In this document: positions 10,801-17,659 of the stretch, one piece after another | Numbering within the stretch: the first letter of the stretch is position 1 | Layout of the letters: every line of letters starts with the position of its first letter | Assembly: GCA_965248265.1 (NCBI GenBank) | Contig: CBDFJF010000002.1 | Location: 1,216,001-1,280,000 of the forward strand | DNA length: 64,000 nucleotides | Source of the DNA: Candidatus Latescibacterota bacterium | GTDB taxonomy: Bacteria > Latescibacterota > UBA2968 > UBA8231 | Reading direction: 5' to 3' | The notes under the pieces: generated by a model | Database searches by the model: none | Told to the model about the DNA's origin: nothing | Seen by the model: the letters and a program-made list of their open reading frames with translations, nothing else | Position numbers and translations under genes: made by a program

Positions 10801-10867
10801 GGAGGATGGAGCCAGTTCTGCGCAGCGCGAGTTCGTCGAGGTGCGGAAGCTGATGTTGCTCCAGTAG
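4865..10867 (+). CDS. 2000-aa secreted modular protein: ASST-like domain, FN3, CBM4/9-like, internal repeats, cohesin-like, dockerin/EF-hand-like, FlgD-Ig tail
   Basis: ASST motifs AHE, CHMNS, SSRH, YQH, LFDNG. FN3 ESGYSNEV, CBM4-like NGDFSQG..W, cohesin-like VVYDPAQV, dockerin-like ADFNFDGFVGWADL...YDLNWDGELDELDL, and tail DHNYPNPFN...WDGRD...ASGVYFYRL. Confidence 0.85.
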   Translation: MLQGSPSTLRNQRRPLWLLCVIGLCISWNGDLAHAVTGSFRTIQGVAVPSDFPAVTTHINDSPDPGFIYLSTLGSVPYVLMLDNAGTPLFYKKLNQLKSVEQEPFDFKAQPNGFWTYYDRGYPAHIVMDSTYTVVDTIRAGNGYWPNAHELRLLANGHALIIGSRHMAVDMSRIVDGGNPKAIVRTDVVQELDRERNVIFEWRAWDHFEITDAVHENLRASFIDYCHMNSIDVDTDGHLLISSRHLSEITKIHRRSGRIIWRFGGVNNQFRLVNDDRGISYQHSIHGLGDGRYLLFDNGNHHSPPYSRAVEYHLDEATRRATLVWEYDGGGEYLSRSLANVQRLPSGNTLINWAYPHIPKLTEVRPDCTLVYELDFDDYAFTYRTFRFPQQGQAEVPYLIAEPHADHVLLVFNQFGEAPVARYNIYGGTSPHPQARIASTEDNAIELSELQNLRKYYFRTTAVDDQGRESGYSNEVAVFVHFMDPSSDRVLNGDFSQGDNFWQLKTSDQAVASRRISDSGVYHLGIENGGSAQGSVQLIQEPIELIEGVSYVLELEAYAATSRPFSAKVRRISGHSPDYLRLGSKPLSSTPTKHSFPFLMEKQSDHEARLVLEFGSLDVDVFLQNVSLKISNPSAAAEGVVGALDVDDSGTGRLQFTSSQGPVELLQPVEFVDADGNAVDPNTIEEGTGLSMGIRRRSTGEVQAYEVVVGGALGGGESFNMHFGGFGTTAGGGVTILPQVDEYEMKPETLVKPFGSLETVSFSAVSAEDVLGYSVELWYTTDESGVRVVTEVHVCGLPEDPEPDQYSNRRLSAYAVDPETGVIRRQIMSILHEFAVWQDTQGNTVDPQTVVEGTRLVNYGRVVRVKAEGDFVEARERGFIRFEDGILYTYPLFSEQMRVASDVVLVDESTGEDVTANGLSQVDGLVRIQTLLPGRFPNDLIVRIALNPQDGKKVGEVAALELNEDDVLILRFKSDPVPLTSAVEFVDVSGNVVDPSTIASGANLALEVSETGAGEVEAAKVIVGLSGEASPSLVRILFGGFETLSDGREAIVPQRRPFEVDPAASISLPWSRPDLVPVSSILCPDDDIVGRDVTVDLAANESNEPVGQSIVVHGSAETGLAQGLVNAMVLDEAGGGTLRLAPVRPVAVSEITEYVNAEGNTVEPGSIGIGTQVTARVWWTTGGEPQAYMVRVGGEPATGVSSLSFKFGGFEMLEDGREVIVPQAADDFVVAPDQLVWMGNGDGSVPFSSLSAEDVLGFPVNVNWSEGPCGTNVVADLTVHEAVEIPPEFQDRFVSVSVVDEARRLIVLNPTLKVDESTEWVDIDPSLLQPDSELVIETAFIEDSAIQFVVDESSDWSGIDPSSLQPDTELVIQAVAIPNAEGRLLEHARRVEVTDEDVDYSPPYGDGLRVLFGGYVSFDGVQLVVDAESPRSVQQASRVWLKEEGADYSHLTDWIFAGFLSFDGEALVTYDLNAVTIATGSPVLALDARLTDDRTGADVTAGGLPAEFSQKSRLRMISLPPAENRPALLVAEIGLNVPGNNAETAAALDLDPEPGPQGVVRQRTTAGESIQLSVYLSGLAEVTGITVDVVYDPAQVLLEGASPGEGGLEENVLGSGAVFTSEGDEEGVVRYTGTLPSFFGGGVAARQGLFVVLEFHTLPGFTRADFTLGRVALNSSSGSNILKPSLVAQLIGDTGADFNFDGFVGWADLFLFADAWLIDDFDPIYDLNWDGELDELDLSMFHQQWGQVVGGDPAKLLARREPPAKAGVMQLQTGRDDEEEVELLLRVDEASVLAYGASLIYNRSAWRLKSIADVREGSTPARRQTHVSGERPDEILLVGGTVDGAEVEGVLARLVFERLAPDAVGSFQIAEAALRLTDGTVVQPRRNIHAEIGRIPKGFALDHNYPNPFNQSTKIPYRLAASSTVQLEVFDVAGRKVRTILTERQEAGFREARWDGRDEDGVGVASGVYFYRLTASPSMEDGASSAQREFVEVRKLMLLQ
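6777..9480 (+). repeat. Protein-level repeats arranged A-B-A-A-B' inside the 2000-aa gene, with a nested ~36-codon tandem duplication near 8805-8995
   Basis: A units near 6777, 7723 and 8228 share VE(F/Y)V...GN.V(D/E)P..I..G and FGGF......G...I.PQ. B units share D..TG.DVTA.GL. VDESTEWVDIDPSLLQPDSELVI is followed by VDESSDWSGIDPSSLQPDTELVI. Confidence 0.75.
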
Positions 10868-10876
10868 TCCGCCGCC

Positions 10877-13800
10877 ATGGCGTCTCCCATCCGTCTCATC
10901 GTCCGAAATGTGTTCATCGGCTTATTAGCCGCAGCTCTTGCGGGTGACGCGGCGGCTGGCCGGGAGCACCTGCCGCTACCGGTAATGACTCCAGTCATGG
11001 CCGTCGATGACGAGGTCTTCGTCTGTGCCGGAAGTGGGCGACCTTCCGATCCGCGCTTCGGGGTTTCATCTCACATCGCAGGCAAGGCCACAGCTGCGGC
11101 AGCAAGCACGACTACCGGTACGCTCAGCGCCCTCGTCATTTTCGCCAAATTCCGTGGTGAGGCAACGTCAGTGAACACGAAGCCGGTTTGGGCGGATGAC
11201 CTCTTTGACGCGAATCTGCCCGGAAGCTTCACGCACTTCTATCGCGAGATGTCTGGTGGCCAGTTGGAGATTTCCGGCAGCGTTCTGCCCACGCGCTACA
11301 CCTCGCGGTCACGGGCGTCCGCGTACGTGGCGGACCAACCGGGGACAATAGGCAAGTTCGCCCTCTTCAACCTCGAGATCCTCGAGCAGGCGGATGGTGA
11401 CGTCGATATGGGCCAGTTCGACAATGACGGTCCCGACGGTGCGCCCAACTCGGGAGATGATGACGGCTACGTCGACGTCGTCTTCATCAACCTGCTCAGC
11501 GTGCCGCGCGATTTCTTCAGGAGCGGCGCGAGCGGTTTCGGCTCTCTTGGACTGGAGACCGACTTCGTGACAGACGACGCCGCCGCCGGTGGGGGCGCCA
11601 TCCGCATCCGGAGCAGGTATTCCGGTTTCGGCGGCACCACCCAACGCGGCCATGTGTTCACGGTGACCGCCGCGACCATGTGTCACGAATTCGGTCATGT
11701 TCTGGGATTACCCGACCTGTACGATCAATCTTCGCAGGTTGCCGGTGAGCTCGATCCGGAGATCGACAGCGCCGGTATCGGCAGATGGGGTCTGATGGGG
11801 TTGGGGACCCTCGGATGGGGCATAGAGAACGGACCCAACGCGTTCTGTGCCTGGTCGCTGGCGCAGTTGGGCTGGCTCGGATCGGGCAATGAACGTCTCG
11901 AGGTCATCGAGGAGAGCCGGAGCGATATCGTACTCGAGCAGATCGACCGCGACGGACGCGTTCTCAAGGTGCCGATTTCGCGCGACGAATACTTCCTCAT
12001 CGAAAATCGGCAGGCTTCGGGCAGTTTTTACAATCGCGAGATCCCCGGCCGTGGACTGCTGTTGTGGCACGTGGACGAATGGGCTGACAACGACGAAGAG
12101 CGCCACAAGCGGGTCGATCTCGTCTGCGCCGACGGACTCTACGATGACGCCGGTTTTCCCGGATCCCGTCCGAATCCCGTCAGCGGTGGCGACAACCTCG
12201 ATTTCCACTCTCGCGATACCGCCTACAACGACGAGCACAACGGCAACCAGGGCGATGCCACGGACCCGTTCGACGGCATCCGTTTCAGGCGCTTCGCCCA
12301 CGACACCAACCCGGGGGCACGCGCATACAGCGGAGCCAGTCGCGGTTTGCCGCTGGGGTTCGCACTCGAAAACATCGCCGATTTGGGTGACGGAAGGATG
12401 AGTCTCGACGTCCTTCTGAGACAGCCCGTGCCGGGCAATATCGCCGAATCGACGATGTGGTCAGGTGAGATCGACGTGAGCGGTGACGTGGTGGTTGAAC
12501 GCGGCGCCACCCTTACAATACAAGAAGGCACGACCGTTCGTTTTTCCACTGACGACGAACGCGGTGCGGGGTTCGACCCAGATCGCTGCGAGCTCGTCGT
12601 TTACGGCGACCTCGTACTTCCGACCGGCGGCGCCACAACCTCCATGATTTCGGCTGCGACGCGGCCACGTGGAAGCGACTGGTTGGGCGTGTTCCTGATG
12701 GATGGCCAGGCTCCCGACGTCGAAGCAGCGATCGCCTCAGGCGTCTTGCAGGTGGCCAACAGCAGCCACGGCGTCGTGCGCCTCGTCCTGCCCGCCGGCC
12801 GCACGGTATGGGGCCGCGGCCGCCGGGTGATTCCGTCAGATCTGATCGTGCCCGCCGATGCCGAGCTGTTCGTCGAGGCCGGTGCGAATGTGCGCTTCAG
12901 CGCGGGGGATCTCAGTCTGCGCGGGAGGAGCCCGGGCCTCGTCGAGCTCGTCATCGCCGGCACCTTGGCCGGGGGCGGCGACGAGAGCTCGATGGCGCGG
13001 TTCACGATCGATTCGGCTGGCACTGACGATGCATGGTACGGGATCACCGCGCAGCCTGGGTCGGTGGTCGACCTGAGCTTTACCGAGATCTTCCAGTGTC
13101 TGGTCGCCCTGTCAGGCGAGGTGCCCGAGGGTGCTACCGTGCGCCTGACGGATAGCCTCATCAGGCGAGTATTCCTGGGTCTGTTGTTCAACCTGTTCGG
13201 CGAGTTGCAGGTCGACGGCACTCGGTTCGAGGCGGTGACCTCGAACGCCATTCAAGTGCGCGGCACAGGGATCGCCCGCATTCGCGGGTCGACGTTGGAC
13301 GCCATCGGCGAGGAGGGAATCTCATCCTCTAACTGTAACATCGAGGCCATCGACGTCCTGATCGAGGGCAGTGGTTCGCGCGATGCCGAGGACCCGCGCT
13401 CAGGGTTGATCGCTACCGGCGGTCGCGGACAACGCATCGATTTGTGGCGCAGTACCATATCGGACAACACCTTGTATGGTCTGGATCTGACCGCATGGCA
13501 GGGGATCGTCGAGGTCCACGGAAGCGAGATCAGCGCCAACAAGTCGCATGGCGTAGTTGCGGCCGGCCTGGAGCGGCTGGTGTTCGAAGACAACGCAGTC
13601 GTGCGCAACCTCGGCCACGGTGCGCACATCGGCGACACGGTGGTCGAGATTTGGACGACGGAGTTCGAGGACAACATCGGCTCGGGTCTGCTTCTTGACG
13701 ATGGCGCTACGGGCGTCATCGAGATGAGTCTGTTTCGCAACGGCACCGGGTTGGCACTGCAGGGACTCAGGACGATGATCCTGCGGTCGAATCGCTTCGA

Positions 13801-14395
13801 AAACACGGCCGTTGGACTCGATTCGGACAACTCGGCGCCCTCCCTAGTCCAGAACCGGTTCGACAACAACATCACCGCGATCCGGGTAGACGGCGGTCGT
13901 ATCCCCGTGCAGATCAGCGACAACTCGTTCGTCGGCAACACCACGGCGATACAGAATTTGACGCGGCGGGTTCTTCAGGCCCAGGGCAACTTCTGGGGCA
14001 CGTCAGACAGCAGCGCAATCGCCAGTCAGCTGGAAGGACAAATCGAGTGGACGCCTTTTCTGGATGGAGAACCGGGGATGACGGCCGTCGGCGAAGCTGG
14101 CGGCCCCCCTCTTCCGGAGCGATTCGCCGTTCACCAGAATCACCCCAACCCCTTCAACAGCCTTACCGTCATACCGTTCGATCTACCTCATGATGCCATC
14201 GTTGAGGTGACGATATACGACGTTCTGGGCAGGCGGGTCAGGCGTCTGTTGTCGCAGCGTCTGGCAGCCGGGTACCACCGACTGGTATGGGACGGGAGGG
14301 ACGAGAGCGACCAGAGCGTCGGTTCCGGCCTCTATTTTTATTTTTTCAGGGCGGATCAGCTCACGCAGAGCGGTCGCATGCTGCTACTTCAATAA
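10877..14395 (+). CDS. Secreted M6 (immune inhibitor A)-family metalloprotease with right-handed beta-helix and FlgD-Ig tail
   Basis: HEFGHVLGLPDLY zinc motif, EYFLIENRQ, GLLLWHVDE, beta-helix-like repeats, and tail HQNHPNPFN...WDGRD...GSGLYFY. Confidence 0.88.
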   Translation: MASPIRLIVRNVFIGLLAAALAGDAAAGREHLPLPVMTPVMAVDDEVFVCAGSGRPSDPRFGVSSHIAGKATAAAASTTTGTLSALVIFAKFRGEATSVNTKPVWADDLFDANLPGSFTHFYREMSGGQLEISGSVLPTRYTSRSRASAYVADQPGTIGKFALFNLEILEQADGDVDMGQFDNDGPDGAPNSGDDDGYVDVVFINLLSVPRDFFRSGASGFGSLGLETDFVTDDAAAGGGAIRIRSRYSGFGGTTQRGHVFTVTAATMCHEFGHVLGLPDLYDQSSQVAGELDPEIDSAGIGRWGLMGLGTLGWGIENGPNAFCAWSLAQLGWLGSGNERLEVIEESRSDIVLEQIDRDGRVLKVPISRDEYFLIENRQASGSFYNREIPGRGLLLWHVDEWADNDEERHKRVDLVCADGLYDDAGFPGSRPNPVSGGDNLDFHSRDTAYNDEHNGNQGDATDPFDGIRFRRFAHDTNPGARAYSGASRGLPLGFALENIADLGDGRMSLDVLLRQPVPGNIAESTMWSGEIDVSGDVVVERGATLTIQEGTTVRFSTDDERGAGFDPDRCELVVYGDLVLPTGGATTSMISAATRPRGSDWLGVFLMDGQAPDVEAAIASGVLQVANSSHGVVRLVLPAGRTVWGRGRRVIPSDLIVPADAELFVEAGANVRFSAGDLSLRGRSPGLVELVIAGTLAGGGDESSMARFTIDSAGTDDAWYGITAQPGSVVDLSFTEIFQCLVALSGEVPEGATVRLTDSLIRRVFLGLLFNLFGELQVDGTRFEAVTSNAIQVRGTGIARIRGSTLDAIGEEGISSSNCNIEAIDVLIEGSGSRDAEDPRSGLIATGGRGQRIDLWRSTISDNTLYGLDLTAWQGIVEVHGSEISANKSHGVVAAGLERLVFEDNAVVRNLGHGAHIGDTVVEIWTTEFEDNIGSGLLLDDGATGVIEMSLFRNGTGLALQGLRTMILRSNRFENTAVGLDSDNSAPSLVQNRFDNNITAIRVDGGRIPVQISDNSFVGNTTAIQNLTRRVLQAQGNFWGTSDSSAIASQLEGQIEWTPFLDGEPGMTAVGEAGGPPLPERFAVHQNHPNPFNSLTVIPFDLPHDAIVEVTIYDVLGRRVRRLLSQRLAAGYHRLVWDGRDESDQSVGSGLYFYFFRADQLTQSGRMLLLQ

Positions 14396-14415
14396 AGACC
14401 GCATTGGAGGGCAGG

Positions 14416-14490
14416 CCCTTCGAAGAGGAAATCGTCGAGGAGACCGACAAGTATTACGTCTGGCGCGGGCGGGGGATCTTGCGCAAGGAC
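14416..14490 (+). pseudogene. About 25-codon gene fragment, possibly from a uroporphyrinogen-decarboxylase-like protein
   Basis: PFEEEIVEETDKYYVWRGRGILRKD recalls the P.FE..V.EET......RD..G...R motif of UroD-like proteins. It has no start of its own. Confidence 0.3.
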
Positions 14491-14539
14491 GTAATCAGCC
14501 CTATTCCTGTGGAATGCTGACGTGCGCCAGAACCCCATA

Positions 14540-16036
14540 ATGACTCTTACTGTGGCAGTGGAGAACGTCTTGGCAGAGCAGGCCAGCGGCGAGGGTTCCC
14601 TGGACATCGACTCCCGATTGGAGCTGTTCGTTGATGACTACCTGATAGACGAGCTGCACGGGACTCGACTCGTCCTCCACCACCCTCGTCCGGCAGAGGT
14701 GGCCCTGAGATTCGATCGGCCCTGGGAGGGTGCCTTCTGTGCCTACGTGACCGTGCTCCACGACGGTGACATCTACCGCATGTACTACCGGGGACAGCCC
14801 AACGCCATGCCGGACGGAAGCCTTGACGAGGTGACCTGTTACGCCGAGAGCCGTGACGGGATCCACTGGGAGAAGCCCGATCTGGGGCTGTTCGAGGTCG
14901 CAGGGACGCGGAAGAACAACGTCGTTCTGGGCTCCGAGTATGCGCCCGTACCCCACAACTTCATTGCGTTCGTGGACACTCGACCCGGGATTCCTTCCTC
15001 CCAGAGATACAAGGGCCTGGGGGGCCTCTTCCCCATATCCGAGGAGCGGCGCTTTAGCAACGGCCTCCTGGGCTTCACCTCCGAGGACGGGATTCGATGG
15101 AGGAAGATCCAGCAGGCACCACTGATCGGTCCCTCGCTCCACGTCTTCACCGACACCAGTCCCAGCCCGACCTTCTGGTCGCCACACGAAGGTCGCTACG
15201 TTTGCTACGTCCGGGCCTGGAGTAGGGATCCGAAGGAACCTCCCCACTTCGAAGGTTGGACCGGGAACGTGCGCTGGGTCGGTCGTACCACCTCCGAGGA
15301 CTTCCTCAACTGGACTCCGGTACAGATGATGGACGCCGGGGACTATCCGTTGGAGCACATCTACACCAATCAGACCAGCCCCTACTTCCGGGCTCCCCAC
15401 ATCTACCTCGGCGTGGCTGCTCGCTTCCTGCCAGGCCGTCAGGTGGTGAGTCAAGAGCAGGCTCGGAAGCTCCAGGTTGACCCCAAGTATTTCCAAGACT
15501 GCTCGGATGCTGTCCTGCTCACGAGCCGGGGCGGAACCCGCTACCAGCGTGCCTTCCTAGAGGCTTTCATGCGCCCGGGCATCGGTCTGCAAAACTGGAC
15601 GTCCCGTACCAACTACCCTTCTCTGAATCTGGTCCCCACAGGAGCTGAGGAAATCTCCCTCTACGTCCAGCACAAGTACGGCCAACCTGGCCACCAGCTC
15701 AGGCGATACACTCTGAGAACAGACGGCTTAGTGTCGGTAAATGCACCCTACGGGGGAGGAGAGTTTCTGACCCGAACCCTGAGATTCAGTGGAAGCGAAC
15801 TGGTCGTAAACTTCTCGACCTCTGCTCCCGGTGGCCTCCGGGTGGAAATCCAGAGTCCAGGTGGCCGGCCGATTACCGGTTATGCCCTCGATGACTCGGA
15901 CCAACTCATAGGAAATGAGATCGAACGGGTCGTCACTTGGAAGGGCAACCAGGATGTGGGGCCGCTCGCTGGCAAGCCGGTCCGCTTGCGCTTCGTGATG
16001 AAGGACGCAGATCTGTACTCCCTGAGGTTCAGATAG
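14540..16036 (+). CDS. Five-bladed beta-propeller glycoside hydrolase-like hypothetical protein
   Basis: LDIDSRLELFVDDYLI, PWEG, YAESRDGIHWEKPDLG Asp-box-like repeats, and C-terminal LRF.MKDADLYSLRF. Paralogue at 32607. Start uncertain. Confidence 0.75.
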   Translation: MTLTVAVENVLAEQASGEGSLDIDSRLELFVDDYLIDELHGTRLVLHHPRPAEVALRFDRPWEGAFCAYVTVLHDGDIYRMYYRGQPNAMPDGSLDEVTCYAESRDGIHWEKPDLGLFEVAGTRKNNVVLGSEYAPVPHNFIAFVDTRPGIPSSQRYKGLGGLFPISEERRFSNGLLGFTSEDGIRWRKIQQAPLIGPSLHVFTDTSPSPTFWSPHEGRYVCYVRAWSRDPKEPPHFEGWTGNVRWVGRTTSEDFLNWTPVQMMDAGDYPLEHIYTNQTSPYFRAPHIYLGVAARFLPGRQVVSQEQARKLQVDPKYFQDCSDAVLLTSRGGTRYQRAFLEAFMRPGIGLQNWTSRTNYPSLNLVPTGAEEISLYVQHKYGQPGHQLRRYTLRTDGLVSVNAPYGGGEFLTRTLRFSGSELVVNFSTSAPGGLRVEIQSPGGRPITGYALDDSDQLIGNEIERVVTWKGNQDVGPLAGKPVRLRFVMKDADLYSLRFR

Positions 16037-16191
16037 GAGCAGAGCCGCCCACTCGTCCCGGGGCTCCTCCTCTTGTCGCAGTACGGAGCCTACCTTCTCA
16101 TTGCCAGGCGAAGTGCTCAGGCTGACAAACATGCCGGAAACTCCGTCCCAGCCCATGAGACCCACCTGGCCTCAAGCATCCGAGCCCCGGG

Positions 16192-17070
16192 TCAGCGGAA
16201 GACGGGCTCGTATCGCTGCTTCGCAGACTCGTACCGTTCGGCGTACGACTGGCGCGCGCCGATCGCGTCGAAATGCTCCCGCTCGGCCTCGGTCCTGGCC
16301 CTCAGCTCCGCGAGCGGGTCGATTATCGCCCTGATGCGGGGGTTGTCGCTGCTCGCAAAGGGCTCGACGGGATCGTAGATGCTGCCCCTGTGGTCGTACC
16401 GCATGAAGGACGCGATCTCCTCGTCCGTCTCTGGCCATGCGGCGAAACGCAGCTTGAGATAGCGCCGGCCGGGCTGCATGCCGTACACGCCGTGGTAGAT
16501 CTTCTGGGTGAAGAAGACGATATCACCCGGGTCGGACTCTACGACAACTCCGGGGATGTCCGTGGGACTGAGCCCGTAGACCTTCTCAGTGGTGTCCTCT
16601 CCCTGCTCGTTCAGCAGAAGGAGGTCGTCATAAAGGGAGGGTCTGTGTGACCCCGGGATGAGACGAAGCGCCCCGGTGTCACCCCTGAGCTTTTCGAGGT
16701 AGAGGTGGAAGCTGTATGTAGTGGAGTGAGGCTCGCCGGGTCGGTCCGAGTGCCATCGATGCTCGCCGTTACCGGTTACCCCTGTATAGGACAGGCTACC
16801 GCCAGACCCGTTCCAGACAAAACGCGGTCCCAGTAGCTCCTCGACCGTGCCGAATATCCGGTCGTCAACGAGCATCCGTGTCCCCACCGGGCTCTTCTCT
16901 ATAATGTCCTCAAGGCCCTGGTTCTGTCCTGGCGGTCCACCTCCCCTCTGCTCCGCGAACAGCTTGTCCACTTCGTGGCTGAGCGACTCCATCTCGTCGG
17001 CCGAAAACTCCTGCCTCAAGCGGATGAACCCAAAGTCGTAGAAGTGGGCCTTCTGCTGTGGTGTGATCAT
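16192..17070 (-). CDS. PhyH-like Fe(II)/2OG dioxygenase
   Basis: FYDFGFIRLR, WHSD, LIPGSH, PGDIVFF, IYHG. AAGGAG RBS. Confidence 0.88.
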   Translation of the reverse strand: MITPQQKAHFYDFGFIRLRQEFSADEMESLSHEVDKLFAEQRGGGPPGQNQGLEDIIEKSPVGTRMLVDDRIFGTVEELLGPRFVWNGSGGSLSYTGVTGNGEHRWHSDRPGEPHSTTYSFHLYLEKLRGDTGALRLIPGSHRPSLYDDLLLLNEQGEDTTEKVYGLSPTDIPGVVVESDPGDIVFFTQKIYHGVYGMQPGRRYLKLRFAAWPETDEEIASFMRYDHRGSIYDPVEPFASSDNPRIRAIIDPLAELRARTEAEREHFDAIGARQSYAERYESAKQRYEPVFR

Positions 17071-17115
17071 GTCTCTGCTCCTTCGGGGCTGTAGCGAACG
17101 TGCGAAGTTCGATTT

Positions 17116-17146
17116 GTCAGCCCCTGCGACAAGCCGGGGGATTGAC
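17116..17146. repeat. Imperfect palindrome resembling an IS200/IS605 subterminal hairpin or REP
   Basis: GTCAgCCCCTGcgacaagcCGGGGgatTGAC. The reverse strand reads ATCCCCCGGCTTGTCGCAGGGG, similar to the CCCCCGGC...GCCGGGGG hairpins of IS200-type ends. Confidence 0.3.
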
Positions 17147-17244
17147 TGAGAGCCAGCCCCGGGGATAACGAAGGCGAAGCGAATTCAGCAACAGACCGGC
17201 TTAGTGTTACCAATCCTACCCACTCTCGTTTCCAAGCCCGATCT

Positions 17245-17530
17245 GCCACTTACCTGCGAGTTATAAACGGGTCGGTAGTCAGTCAAGTTCGGATGTTCGG
17301 CTTTTCGAACCATGGACCGGGTTAGGCGGGATGTGTGGTCGGTGCGGCTATGGTGTGAAGGCAGCTATTTCGGGTTTGCGGCGGTGAGGACGCGGCTGGT
17401 TCGCGGTGGCGTCGACGGGTCTCGATTTAGGCCGCGGACGCTGCGAGCAGCGTTTCCACCCCTGCCGCTCGAAGCGAATGCAAGTGAGGTGCGGATCTGG
17501 GAAACGGATGAGGGGAGACGGCTGGGTGTG
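17245..17530 (-). mobile_element. Probable diverged IS91-like 3' tail without transposase
   Basis: The minus strand ends CTTGACTGACTACCGACCCGTTTATAACTCGCAGGTAAG. It shares a 13-nt exact match (TAGTCAGTCAAGT, 17276-17288) with 53785-53797 and resembles the tail ending at 57610. The C-rich non-coding stretch is of similar length. Confidence 0.4.
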
Positions 17531-17637
17531 TGCTCGGGGCAATGAGTGCGGCACCAAGCCCTTCGATCCGCGCGCCCAGCGCATGAGCTTCCGTGCCCGG
17601 ATTGTCGTCGGAGGCCTCCGGATGCTGCTTCGGTCAT
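17531..17637 (-). pseudogene. Internally deleted tandem paralogue of the beta-helix gene, reduced to three micro-segments
   Basis: RBS+ATG (MTE), then QHPEASDDNPGTE, then LMRWARGSKGLVPHSLPRA. The intact neighbour has QHPEAADDNPGTE and VMRWARWSKAEVAHSLPRA about 105 codons apart. Confidence 0.8.
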
Positions 17638-17659
17638 GACTCTCTGTTCTCCGATCGTG

